A DNA stretch of 63,498 nt from Chiloscyllium plagiosum (lineage: Eukaryota): NCBI RefSeq assembly GCF_004010195.1, contig NC_057717.1:41688260-41751757 (forward strand). Direction: 5' to 3'. Position 1 is the first letter of the stretch; every line of letters starts with the position of its first letter. The position numbers and the translations under genes are program-made. Of the stretch, positions 48,403 through 62,200 are shown piece after piece. A model generated the notes under the pieces. It had not been told where the DNA came from, did no database searches, and saw only the letters and a list, made by a program, of their open reading frames with translations.

Positions 48403-51236
48403 AAGCTTTCGTTTCAAAAATATCACATATCAATAAACTCCACCTGACCCTACGGCTAGTGATGTGGAAATTAATGGTCTAATTAATGGTGCCAGACGAG
48501 GCCTGGGACAACATCTCTTTATTCAAGTAAAGTCAGCAATAAACATTCACAATATGAAAGGCAGAAACTGTACTTTTACCCAGATCAGCCAGTTTCATCT
48601 GCAGTCAGACATAACTTAAAATTCAGACCAATGCACAGAAGATAGACGAGCGCTCACAACATTGGAAATGATTTAGTTTGATAAAAGAATCCATCGTAGA
48701 CTTCCTCAGAGCAATTCGTGTCAATAAACTTGGTTTTCTTTGTGTGTGGGGTCGCGCACGAAATGTTACTTTAATCCGATTGATGTGAACCATTTGCACT
48801 TAAGAAGTTGTTTGAAAACATCTATCACAGTAGATACGCGAGTAAATTTTATAAATCATTGATCAAAGGGGACAATCTTTTTTAGACTCGAGGAAGATCC
48901 ACAGTGATATTTTGTAAATGTTTGGAGCTGGGTTTGTTTTCAATTTTTGACCCAGACATTGGCGTATTTTCCCTATGGTGGTGGATTTCAACAATAGGGA
49001 ACATGTTTTTACAATGAGCGGAGAAAAATAAAAAAAAAAAGATATCAGAGACAACTTTTTACACAGAGAATGGTTTGTGTGTGGGATTATTGGGTGGTGA
49101 ATACTTACAACCTTTAGAAGACATTTGGATAAGTAAATGAACATCAAATATTTGGAAGGATATGGGCCAGGTACACACAGATGTGATTAGTTTAGTTTGG
49201 GATTAGGACTGGCATGGACTGGTTGGACCGAAGGGTCTGTTTCCATGCTGTATCACTACATTTCTCCATAACTATTTATCAGTTTTTCTAAATACTAAAC
49301 AGTGCTGTAGTGATCCTTGAATGAACTGTTGATGTTAAGGTTGTGTCTGAGACTCTGCGAATATTTCCTTCAATGAGAGGAGTGACTAGTTCTCCAAGTT
49401 ACACAACTGAAAATAAACTTTTCTCCAGCATTGTTGCTGAGTCGATTTGTTTCTGCGGAGGCGGTGGTTATAGTTTGCAGTTTGCTTTCCACCAACTGGT
49501 CAACAGTGAGACAAAATATCTTTGATCCACTACAGAAACTCCACCTGCTTCCAGTAAATGAAACTGGGAACTCAAGGACCTTTTCTGCAGTCATCTTAAT
49601 TGCTGCCAACTATTGTATCCGGCCGATTAAAGGGAAACTGAATCAACTAAAGTAAAATCCTATCAAACAAACTATATTTTCCCATTTACTCACAATGGAC
49701 ACATGTCGCTTGGCATTTCTTCTTTAAAAAGGAAGGACACTGAATACAGCATTCACTATATGACTATCAGGCAACAGAACATTGAATGCAGTGACGTTCT
49801 GGTTAGTTCAGCCTGTTTACTGAGTATCTTTAAAGCTCCTTCATATGAAGGTAATGGATCCAAAATCCCACATTGCAGTAACATTTGTTATCATCTCAAA
49901 GTAAATTAATAAACTTGAATTGGTTCAAACTCACACCACTTGTTGCACCATTCCCTGATTCATGCATCTCATTAAAACTGAGTGGGCCCTTTATACATGG
50001 TTTATACTGGTGTGGTGTAACAGCGAATTTTTGCTGATTTTTATGAATTAACTGTCCTGTAAGACCGATCAGTGAGCAGAGAAATGTACTGTTTATAACC
50101 TACATTCGTAGAAATTATCACTGCAATACACTCTAATTTGACCAAACATTCTTGATGTACCCAGACGGTTACCTGCAATGGTTTAGATGTTGAGGATTTA
50201 AAAAAAAAACTTATGGACTGTCTTGTTCTAGTTTTTTAGATGCTCTTTCAAAAGTTTACCGAGGTGTTATGTATCACTGCGGACTCACATTTTGTTTCTC
50301 AGGCACACAGCTTTCCTTTACTGTACATTTTAGTGTTGGAGCAATTTGAAAAAAAAAAGATGCAAGGAGAGACATTCTACAATGTAAGGAGGTGTTTCTA
50401 ATCTCCAGGTTCAAACTGTTTAGTGACGTACATTCACATTCTTAACATAATCAGTTCAGACATGCTCCATATTAGGTTGCCTAAACTGAATTTAGAAACG
50501 CAGATTAGAAATGGTATGCTATTTTGCAATGTGAGAGAGACTTTGAGTGACAGCAAAAATAACGTCATTCATTTTGTTGGCTAATAATATCATTGAAGTT
50601 CTTTTTAGCTTTATCTGCTTGTGGTGGAATGTAGGATGAAAGGGAGTTAACTTCTAATTGAATATTCTAAATATAATCACTTTGGACACTTTCTGTATTC
50701 AGTTGCCTAAATTGAATTTTGAAATGTTTCGTATGAATTACATGTTATTTTGAATGCGACAGAGACTTGCAGTATCCAGGAAAGAAAAGCACAACTGTTT
50801 TATTAGCTAGTAATATGTTTGAACTTTAATTTTAGTTTTATCTGCTTGTGAATGAATGTAGAAATAAAGGGAGCTAACTTCCAGTTGAATTTGTTTTTTG
50901 TTTAAACAAAATATATGCAACTATCATGTGAAACAGACCTGAAGCTACTCAAATTTACTTCCAAAGAAGCTATTCAGCAAAACAAATATCCCAAGATGTG
51001 TATGTGTCCATGATTAAGCAGAACCTCATGTAAAGACATGATCCAATGTGTTCGGGCTGTCCAAGCTGATACCAGGAACCAGTCTGAGCCTCCAGCAAGA
51101 AACCAATATGTGGAAGCTGTAAGTCTGCCCCTTCCGATGGCCATATAAATCCTGGTCACTGGACTGTTATTCAACACTCCTGGGTCGGCTTTGTTTAGAA
51201 AGATCTTGACAGAACGGCTTCCCACAAGTTAACAGA

Positions 51237-51285
51237 ATGATTGTGTCGACAATTTTTCTCAGTTTGTTACTGACTTTCTTATCAT
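51237..51285 (+). pseudogene. IGHV: IgH leader exon, cluster 3 ([16 protein letters not shown])
   Basis: ATG 51237, donor T|GTGAGT; TATAAA at 51144-51149. Confidence 0.93.
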
Positions 51286-51412
51286 GTGAGTGTTGTTTGT
51301 TCAAGTATATTTTTGTGACTGTCTCAATGTTAGTCTACCGCAGGAATGTAAAAGACTCAGCCATCATTTCATCAGCATTAATGCTCATGGTTTATTTGTT
51401 TCTTTTTTAAAG

Positions 51413-51717
51413 GTGTCCAGTCGGAGGTTATTTTGACCCAGCCAGAGGCAGAGACTGACCGTCCCGCAGGCAGCCTGAAACTGACCTGTAAAACCAGCGG
51501 GTTCGATCTTAGCAGCTACACCATGAGCTGGGTGCGATAGGTTCCCGGGCAGGGTCTGGAGTGGCTGCTATACTACTATGATTCATCGGACAATAACTAT
51601 GCACCAGCGATTAAGGGTCGATTTACTGCGTCCAAAGACACTTCAAACAACATTTTCGCGTTGGACATGGAGAACCTGAAGATCGAAGACACCGCCATCT
51701 CTTACTGTGAAAGAGAC
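51413..51717 (+). pseudogene. IGHV: VH pseudogene, cluster 3
   Basis: [10 protein letters not shown]...[17 protein letters not shown] (TAG 51538-51540, from CAG) ... [10 protein letters not shown]. Confidence 0.95.
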
Positions 51718-51756
51718 CACAGCGAGATGAACCAGGGCTGGACGCGTTCAAAAACA
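51718..51756 (+). other. VH 23-RSS, cluster 3
   Basis: CACAGCG - 23 nt - TCAAAAACA. Confidence 0.93.
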
Positions 51757-52114
51757 GCTTGAGGGAACATTTTGTCAATTCCATCATAAACTGATGGTCA
51801 GTACGAGTTTTAAACGCAATTATACCAACTGCAATCTGAAGCAGACCTCAGGCTGCCTCTTACAAAACCATCAAAGAGGAAATGTACCATTTAAACGAGC
51901 AAACTGGTGACACAATGGGACAATGTTTTGGGCATGTCATGTACTGATTATACTTCCATCAATTAAATGCTCGGACCAAATGTTAGTTTTAATATATCTG
52001 ACAGCTCAGAAAATCACTACTAATTGTTATGTCAACTATAGCATTAATTCTAAACATGATCAGTACGAAATGGCTCTTTCAAATGAAAATTGAGACCTTG
52101 AGTAAAGAACAGAG

Positions 52115-52194
52115 AATGAGTGTACTGGTCGACATCATTGTGATACTACAGTGGGTCACAGTGTTGTGCACAGCGACATCCTCATACAATAACC
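52115..52194 (+). other. IGHD: D1 segment (52143-52156) with 12/22 RSS, cluster 3
   Basis: CATTGTG [ATACTACAGTGGGT] CACAGTG-22-ACAATAACC (nonamer mutated). Confidence 0.92.
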
Positions 52195-52492
52195 ACTGAC
52201 AAGTGCTTATCTCAAATTGGTGATTTCTACCATGGCAGGAGCGAGAAATAATGTGAGATGCAATTTAAACGCAATCCAGTAGTGCTAGTTTGTACACATG
52301 TATTTTTCTACCTTCTTCGTGTTGATTGTCAAGTTAAATGCAAACCAAACCTGGAAAAGTATTCCAAGCTTTCAAAATACAATGAATCGTAAAAGCTGAA
52401 ATAAAGTACCAAATCATTTTTAGAGGAGTCTGAATCACTGCTTTCTAGGAAGTGATGAAATTCTCTGCATTTTACAGCTTACAGTCTGTCAT

Positions 52493-52563
52493 AGTATTTG
52501 ACACAACGTGTCTCACAGTGATATAACTGTGGTGACACTACAATTATGATCAATACAAAAAAC
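52493..52563 (+). other. IGHD: D2 segment (52521-52535) with 12/12 RSS, cluster 3
   Basis: AGTATTTGA-12-CACAGTG [ATATAACTGTGGTGA] CACTACA-12-ACAAAAAAC. Confidence 0.9.
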
Positions 52564-52891
52564 AATTCAGCCTCCATTGTTTGAAACTAGTCAGTGATTA
52601 CTTCTACAAACCGTCTTAACTTGCAGTGCAGTATTAGTTCTGTGCGGTTTTATGCCAGTGTCACTATTTAATTTGTAAAAGTGGTGGGTAATTATCGATA
52701 CACCAGTTGGGGATTTTGAGAATCAGCTCATGTGTTACTCTGTGAAGTATAAAGCAGTATTAACATTTATCAAGAATGATCAGAATTCACTCGCGCAATT
52801 ATGTGATGAAGATTTATCGTGACTTTATTTTACCTGTGGTTCTGAGAATTTAAAATGATGGTACATTTTTCTTTTTTTTTTATGCAGAGCT

Positions 52892-52978
52892 AGTTATTGT
52901 GTGACCCAGTCCAGAGAATGTTCCACTGTGACTATCTTGATTACTGAGGCCAAGGGACCATGGTGACGGTGTCTTCAG
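52892..52978 (+). pseudogene. IGHJ: JH pseudogene with 23-RSS, cluster 3 (coding 52931-52978)
   Basis: AGTTATTGT-23-CACTGTG; YLDY*GQGTMVTVSS, TGG->TGA at 52945-52947. Confidence 0.95.
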
Positions 52979-55900
52979 GTGAGAACTTTGAACTTTCTTA
53001 GTGACTTTTTAAAAACTTCCTATTCATGTGACTAATTTCTGAAATAAATGAAACTCAGATTCTGTGCTGAGTTTGGTTTGGTTTGGATTGATTTTTGTTC
53101 AGACTGATTATAGACTTCAGTTAAGGCTCAGCAAATAGTTACAGTGGGGATGATGGAGTCAGTTGCTCTGTGTATCTCTTTGTTTCTGATCAGATGGGCA
53201 TTCTGTGTGGCTGGGTTACTTGAAACACCTAATGTCTCTTAATCAGTCAGCTATAAATGATGTTTAATGTCAGTGACACCCTGACTGTGAGTTCTATTAT
53301 CAACAACAAACGCTATGAATTCAAAGATGTTCGAGATATTACCAAACAAAATTAAAATATGCGAAAATATCATTATTTATTTCTTGACTATATGTTCTTA
53401 ACCTGGTTATATTTTCTCATTTTTTTGTGAATTAGTTGATGACAAGCAGGTTAGAAACTGTCATAAAATTTTCTTGCGGTGCTATATTGCATTCTGTTGA
53501 TTAGATTCTGAGTTTGTTTTATTTGATTCTGTTGAATTGAGTTGATTGGATTTTGGCTTTGTTTCAGTTGATTCAGTGGAACTGTATTGATTGGATTCTG
53601 ACTTTGTTGTTACTTAGTTTTGCTGAATTGTGTTGATTGGCTTTTGAAATTGTTTTATTTGATTCTGTTGAATTGAATTGGTTGGTTTCTGATTATGTTT
53701 CATTCAAATCTGTTGTTTTGAGTTGATTGGATTCTGATTTTATTTTCCTTGATTCTGTTGAATTGAGTTGATTGAATTCTTATTCAGTTTGTGAAACTAA
53801 TCTGCGTTTTCATGCTTTCTGTAACTGGTGTTTTCTTACTGGTGAGGAGATTGACTCTCTGGAATACTTTTCATTACCAATATTTGTGAAGTTCTTTTGT
53901 TTTTCATGAATCATTTCTGCATTTGTTAAACTTATATGACACATTTTTCTCTGCTTGATTGAAAACATTACATCTATTTGTAACGGTCTGAAAAACAACT
54001 TAAGGCAGAAACCCGGAAGTGTGAGAAATGAAAAAAAACGAGTTTTTAATGCATTGAGTTTAAAAAAAAACTCAGTTCTAATTGTAAACTAACTGAATTT
54101 TGTTTTGAGTAACCTCATTCAAAATAAAATTTGGGACTAAAATCTGAAACTGCAGAATTGATCAGATTATATAATTGAAATTAACTTAAAATTATAATGT
54201 GGTAATATTTGTCCATTCAGTAATTTTGTTTTGTAATGAAGTGATTAATCAATATATGCCTTCAATCGCTCTACTGTGCGCTGCACAAGATTGTCACGAT
54301 CAAGAAGGGTGTACAGGTTCGAAATAAATTGAACTGTTGCCAGAAACGTTACAGCTTTAAGTGATAAGTCCCCTCACAAACAAGGCTGCTGTTATGACTT
54401 GTTATTTCGATTCAATTTAATCAGTAGTTTGCTTGATTCTGAGCAGCTTTGTTAGGCTTCAATTTGTTTTTTTTTTGTGAGGTTAAATCACGTTCTTGGT
54501 TCTGTTGAAAATGTTTGCAGAGCTAGTTCTGCTGCAAACACACCGTGTTGTGATCTGGTGATCGTTGATCTGTTGAGGAGGGACTGTGCTTGGGTAACAT
54601 TAAATTTGGGAAACCGTTTTTGGTTTCTACATTGTTTTTGCAATGTTAACAAGGTTGGTGCCAGTGAACCGCTCCAGGTTCCTCATTCAATGCAATCAGC
54701 ATGCGAGTTGAAATTTCATAAAGCCTATTATTAAGTGAAAGGCAAATCGCAAAGGTTTTAGAAATGAAGGGAAAACAGATACCTTCGGGCGCCATTTTAA
54801 CTTCAAATAAATAATTAAGGATGAATCTAATCCATGCTTTACAATCCAAATTCAGAACTCAACTATCTAGTTCAATCACAAGGTCTGTCCTTAAACAGTT
54901 TACAAGTCATAGAGAAATATAAATAGAATTTCAAAAGTCTAATGTTCTAATAGTTCTTGCTCTTGAGCAAAAATGCCAAGACAGTGTTATAATTGATCAA
55001 GAAACACCTTTCAATTCCGCTGTACACTACATACATATTTTTCTGGCTGGAAATTCTGCTCAATTCTATGAAGAACAGATCGGTTTCACTGCTTTGATCA
55101 GTTTCACACGTAACTTGAGTTAATGAATTGGTATGTCCCTGATTAAACTGGATTTACAGGATAAAAATAAAACATTAACTGAACTATTTAATCTGCACAG
55201 TGCTTAGGTGTTCCCAATCTGTGCATTTTAAATAAATAATTACATTTTACAACAAAGTATCAACTGAAGTGTCATTCTTTCGGAAACAACTGCTATAGTG
55301 AATTATGTGACCAAGGCCAAATTTTGAATTAATTAAAATAATCCACTCATGAACTCGCAGGGCAGTATGGTGGCTCAGTGGTTGGCACTGCTGCCTCACA
55401 GTGTCAGGGTCCCAAATTCGATTCCACCATCGGGTGACTGCCTGTGTGGAGTTTGCACATTCTCCCTGCGTCTGCGTGGGTTTCCTTCGGGCGCTCTGGT
55501 TTCCTACCACACTCCAAAAGATGTGCAGGTCAGGTGTTTGGCTGTGCTAAATTGCACATAGTGTTCAGGGATATGTAGGTTTGGGTTCATTAGTTAGGGG
55601 TAAATATAAATTATGGGGAATGGGTCTGGGTGGGTTACTTAATGTTCAAAGGGTCAGTGTGGAATTGTTGGGCCAAATGGCCTGTTTCTATACTTTGGGA
55701 ACTCTACTCTTAAAACCATGGGAGTACTTGCTGCAAACATAGAGAATTCATTTTACATCGATGTGTTTAGACGTATGCAGAGTTCGCAAATTTGCAGAGG
55801 ACATGAACTAGAGGATAACAGAGCACATTGTTTATTCAGACACTTAAAATAGAGTAATATTTATTTTAATTAATATGCTTGACCGATTTATTGCAATGTA

Positions 55901-58363
55901 GCGATCGGAAGGAATCTGCTCACATTAGGTAAATGTGACAAACATTTAGATTAGATTTTCTGCAGTATGCATCGGGCCATTTGGCCCAACAAGTCCACAC
56001 CGACCCTCTGAAGAGTAACCCACCCAGACTCCTTCCCCTACCCTATATTTACCCCTGACTAATGCACATAACACTATGGACGATATGGCATGACCAGTTC
56101 ACCTGACATGCACATCTTTGGATTGTGGGAGGAAATCCACACATACACAGGGGAGATTGTGTAAACTCCACATAGGCAGTCACCCGAGGCTGCAACCGAG
56201 TTGGGTACCTGGATCTGTGAGGCAGCAGTGCCCACATTTACTTAAACATCCGTTAAAGCGGGTAACTCCAGACAGAGCATGTTTTCAATTCATACCTTTT
56301 TAAACATTTTCGTTCATTAAAAGCAGTTAACAAGAAAATGACCTTGCCCTAATTCCTTCAACAGAAATGCGTTCCACACTGGAATGCAGCATTGACTTTA
56401 TGCAGTGCATGCAAAATCTCCACAGTTCAAGGAACGTTTTAAGAATATGTAAAAACAATTTAGAGAATAATACATTTCCTCCGGATCTGTGCTTTAATTG
56501 GCGATATTTCCCCCCTCAATAATTTTGTTAAATACAATGACTTATTAAGTTTATTAACTCAGTGGTTATTTATGTTCATTGAGAACATATTCTCGTTCAC
56601 ATTAATCCACTGGTTAGTTCCTCTGATGAATGTTCAATTACAGTGAATATATTTGACGTGAGGAGTTGAGCAATGTATTCTCTAGGATTAAGTCTGTTGT
56701 GCAGTTTGTTTCAGTGCTATCTCCGACTAACTTGTCAATGGTCCTGACCATTTGTAAATTGTCCAGTTCGTATACCTGAATCTCAGACAGTTCAATTTCA
56801 TCTCGCGCTTCAAAATCACTTTTATCTGCCAGAAATACAGTATTCGATTAGGTGCCTCAGAATTGAGAGCCCTGACTAAGTTGTTCCAATCAGAAACAAA
56901 AGGCAGATAGCAAGAGTTTTGAAATTGGTTGTTGGCAACAAAAGATATTTGATTGAGTGAGGCAGAGGGAAATATGCTGCATATTTTCTTTGTGCCACAG
57001 TTATGCAGGACATGTTTAGTGGCACAATGTAGAATCAGAATTTTTTTGCATCTTATAATTTAAAACCTATTATCAGCTTTTAATGTCACTGGCAACGGTC
57101 ATATTACACTTCAAAACATTTTAATGTTTTTCAAACTAAGTAGACGGTCTGGTGCAGCAACATTCACAGGGGAAAGAGGAAGGTTTCGGTTGGTTCTAGG
57201 TTGGAATCCAGTGACAGTGAATTGATGGCAATGCAATTCCTAGATTTATTCCTCTGTAGTTCCCATTGAGTTTGCACAATTTGGAGCTGCTGTCAAAGTA
57301 TTCTTGGATAAATGTTGAAATGTTACTTTCATTGTACAAACATTGTGGAACAATCCCTGGTTGTTGGAAGGTGTTAATAACTAACATGGTTTATGTACTA
57401 TCAAAACAAGTAGGCTGTGTTCTCCGTGTTAGTGTCGAGCCCATTGTGTTCAGGTCTGTTGTGATGTTGTAGTTGTGTCCCTGATTCTGTGCCAGGTGGC
57501 GTGTGTTCACTTAGAACCTGTTAGAGAGGTATGTAATACCATCTCTTATCAGGTTACTTCTGCGCAAATAAACCAGATTGAAATGTTTGGGTGTTTGTTG
57601 GAATTTCACTCATAGAGGCCAGTGAAATCTATTCAATCGCTGTCCTGGCTTGTGTCTCTTAGATATTAAACAGAATTTTTCCAGATCAATATTTGTTCAC
57701 AAGCTTTTGGGCATCGCGAGATGGGGTAAATGGAGTAAGTGCTCAAAGAAATCCCAGCTTTTCACTTGCTGTTATGACAATATAATTTATAACTAATCCA
57801 GACTGAATCATTTTCGAAGCATATTTGATGAAATTATGCTTAGGCTGTTTTACTTGATATTAAACCAGTGCTGTAGCTGAATTTGATTGTTCAGTACGTT
57901 GGGAGTTCCGCTGAATCCAACACTTGCAGCAGATGGTGATAGCTTTCAGGTTGGTCTTCAATTGCTATCTCAGACCATCCAGTACCTCTGCTAAGAATTC
58001 TTTTGCCAACAGGAGTCAAGCCAACGTAACCACTATTTATCTCAACAGGTGTGAGCTCTTGTGTCAAAAACATGAAAACAATTTGGTGAAGGGGGCGGGG
58101 TCTCTGGATGCGAAAGGTTAACCTTGCTTTCTCTCCACAGGAGCTGCTAGACCTGCTGAGTTTCTTCAGAAATTTCTGTCTTTATTTTGGTTTTCTAGCA
58201 TTTAAAGTTTGTTGTTTCATTGAAAAAAAGTTCTGTTCGATGAAACACGTTCTTTAGAGAAAAGATGTATTTGAACAAATTGCGAATGTTCAGAGATATT
58301 AAATATCAGAGAATCATTGAATTTGAGCGCCCTGATCTCGAGCTGTAGTTTCACAAGAAACTA

Positions 58364-59246
58364 TTATAAAGTAACAACACACTCCAGAGTGCAGTGGCTG
58401 CTGTAATTGGGTGGAAGTTATTTTGATCACTCAAATAGAGAATATCAATGATCCCGTTCCAAATAATCAACAGAAGGTTTTTTTTAAAGCATGTGTGAAA
58501 CAATTAATTTGTTGAAATATTTTAATAAGAAGTATTCACCGCCAGTGCTAGCTTAATAAATGACACAATGATAGGAAGGTAGGAGCAAGAGTAGGGCACT
58601 CAGCCCCTCGAGCTGTTCCACCACTTACTTAGATCATGGAGCATCTGTGAGCTAAATCCACAGGTCTCCCTTTGGCTAAGACTCTTTAACATCTTTGATT
58701 AACAAGCAAAAACTATCCCAGATTTACTGATTCGACTGCGCGTAATAAAGGGAGACACCATTTCTGAAAGACATTCCTGTGAGTACTGTGACACAATGAG
58801 GCTGGTTATGAAGTAACAACACACTCCAGAGTGCAGTGGCTGCTGTAATTGGGTGGAAGTTATTTTGATCACTCAGATAGAGAATGTCAATGATCTCCTT
58901 CCAAATAATCAACTGAAGATTTTTTTACAGCATGTGTGAAACAATTAATTTGTTGAAATATTTTAATAAAATGTATTCACCGCCAGTGCTAGCTTAGTGA
59001 ATGACACAATGATAGGAAGGTAGGAGCAAGAAGAGGGCACTCAGCCCCTTGAGCTGTTCCACCACTTACTTAGATCATGGAGTATCTGTGAGCTAAATCC
59101 ACAGGTCTCCCTTTGGCTAAAACTCTTTAACACCTTTGATTAACAAGCAAAAACTATCCCAGATTTACTGATTCGACTGCGCGTAACAAAGGGAGACACC
59201 ATTTCTGAAAGGCATTCCTGTGAGTACTGTGACACAATGAGGCTGG
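58364..59246 (+). repeat. Tandem duplication (~440 bp x2) specific to the cluster 3 J-C intron
   Basis: ~58364-58805 and 58806-59246 both run ttat.aagtaacaacacactccagag ... gacacaatgaggctgg; single copy in clusters 1 and 2. Confidence 0.9.
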
Positions 59247-62200
59247 AATTAATTGCTCATGAAAGTAAACTTTAAATCTCTGACAATTTCCAATTGAAAC
59301 ATCCCAATCATCATATTTCTTTAATGTAACACTATACTTCCCTGGAATAAAGAAATATAATGTGTGATTGCCTTGCTATAAATGAGGGAAGCTTCATTCC
59401 TATTATATGATTAAGGAATAGCTCTGTTCATTCAGTGAAAACACAGTCAAATCACACAAAAGGAAACAATGTCATCTTGTGTAGACACACAAGTGCATCA
59501 ACTAATTTTCAATTCTTCCAGTGCTTGTTTGAATCTCTAGACAGGTGTGGAAGTGTCTGACTTTTTATATCGCCTTGAGAAACCAGTTGTCAACAGTCTA
59601 TTTCAATTGCTGAAGTTTGTGTGGTATTAGCACATTCATAGCGCTGTTCGGAAGTGAGTCCTATGGCTGTGATTGAGGAAGAGGAAACGGGCAGAGAAAT
59701 AATTGAGAGTCAAGTTGAAGTCTAGTTTGGAGGAGAGCTTTCCGGTGAAGCATGTACATGCATGTGCGCCCTTATCCTCAAGGATCACAGTTATGGAACA
59801 TGCTGCTGAAGGGACATATCAGCATGTAAAATGGAAGCTGAAGAAGGCATCTCAGCCCCTCTGGAAGGCTATTCCATTCATGGGATCATCATTAATCTTG
59901 CTGCTCACCGATCTTCCCAACACACCGATAACATTGAACCTGATTGTTTACTGTTCAGCAAAAGAATGGTGAACCTTTGGAATTCTCCACCACAGAAATT
60001 GATTGAAGACAAAACATTAAATGATTTCAATAAGGAGATAAATTCCTTCAATCTTTAAAAAATGCTACGGGTATGTGGGAGAAAGGCAAACAGTGTACAA
60101 TATTGGTTGAAAGCCATGAAAACATTGAATGGGACATGGTTTGTAAGTTTGCACGTAACGCCAACATTGGTGGTATAATTGGCAGTGAATGTTATCTAAA
60201 CGTACAATGAGATCTTGATTAGCTGGGCCAATGGGCTGAGGAGTGGCAGATGGACATTAATTTAAATGAATACGACGTGTTGCTTTTTGAGAAGACAAAT
60301 CAGGTCACAACTTACAGAGTTAATGGTAGGGCACTGGATAGTGATGTTAAACACAGGGCCCTGAGGGTCCAGACTCATAGAGTCTTACAGAGTTAATGGT
60401 AGGGCACTGGGTAGTGATGTTGAACACTGAGGATCCTGAGGGTTCAGACTCTTACATTCTTGAAAGCGTTGTCTCAAGTACCTAGTGTGTTGAAGGTGTT
60501 TGGCACATGTACCTTCATTGGCCAGAGCACTGAGTGCAGGAGTTAGGGCTTCATGTTGTAACTGTCCAAAACATTGGAATGAACTGCCAGAGGAAGTGGT
60601 AGATGCAGAGACAGGTCCAACATTTAGAAGACATTTGAACAGCTACAGGAACTGGATACGTCTGAATGGATATGGGCCAAAGGCAGGCAAGTGAAAATAC
60701 TTTAATTTGGGAACTCTGGTCAGCATGGATGAGCTGGACCAAAGGAACTGTTTCTGTCCTGTATGACATTATGACTCACTGACTTTATGGTGCAGTAGGC
60801 TCAAAGTTGGAAGGTGGTGAGCAAGTGAGGGGCTAGATTGGGAATGTGGGAGAGTTTGGGCTGGTAGGCTGTGAGCTGTTGGCTGGCTGCTGGGTAAGCT
60901 TCCATGCACTCTGTCTGGCAAGGTGGCATCAAGATAAATGGTAATGGTCACAGGATATTTTGGTCGAATTGCGCTTGGTAGGTGAGGGGTAGTTTGAGCT
61001 GAAATGCAGGAGGTCTGTCTTTGCCATGCTGGTTTATGGAGAGGTGAGCAGGATGCCAGGCTGGTTAGTGTAGAGGTGGGCAGAGTGCCAGGATGTTTCA
61101 GGGGTGGAAGGTCACTGTAATGAAGTGACATGTGGACGTGTTCTCAAAATGCAAAGCTCGGAGTCTGGCAAAATGGTAGGTTGTAAAGCACAGATGCGAA
61201 AGGAGCTAGGATTCAATGTGCACAGGTTGACTTGGGTAAGATGAGAGGTCAGTGATCAAGGGCTGAGAGCATGTCTTGGGTAGTGGGCTTTTTTCAGAGG
61301 TTGTGAAAATGATGGTGCCAGGTCCAGTCAGGGCCAGATTCACCATGGGCCAGGTGCAGGGCGGCAGGAGTGTAAATGAGTGAAAGGAATTGAGATCATA
61401 TGTCCATCTGGAATATAGAACATAGAACGTTACGGTGCAGTACAGGCCCTTCAGCCCTCAATGTTGCGCCGACCTGTGGAACCAATCTGAAGCCTATCTA
61501 TCCGACACTATTCTATTTTCATCTATATGTTTATCCAATGACCTTTTAAATGCCCTTAAAGTTGGCGAGTGTACTATTGTTGCAGGCAGTGCGTTCCGTT
61601 GCCCTACTACTCTTTGAGTAAAGAAACAACCTCTGGAATCTGTCATCTATGTCCTCTCCTGCTAGCCATCACTATTCAAGGAAAAAGACTTTCACTGTCC
61701 ACCCTCTTTTATGTCTCAATTAAGTCACCTCTCAACCTTCTTCTCTCAAATAAAAACAGCCTCAAGACCCTCATCCTTTCCTCATTAAACCTTCCCGCCA
61801 TACCCAACAACATCCTGGTAAATCTCCTCTGAAGTCTTCCAAAGCTTCCACATTCTTTCTATAATGTGGTGACCAGAACAGTACACAATACTCCCAAGTG
61901 CGGCCACACCAGAATTTTGTACAGCTGCAGCCTAACGTCGTGGTTCTGAAACTCAGTCCCTCTATCGATGAAAGCCAACACAAAGTATGCCTTCTTAACA
62001 ACTCTATCAAACAGGCTGGCAACATTTAGGGATCTATGTACATGGACACCGAGATCTCTCTGCTCAGCTACACTACCAATATGGATTGCCTTGGATGTGT
62101 TTCGTGTGATAGGGGTTGTGTGTTCCGGGCATGAATGGGTGCATAGCAGGGTAGGGTTTCTCAATGTGAGTGGAAATTTAGGTCAAGGCAGAGTAAGTGC

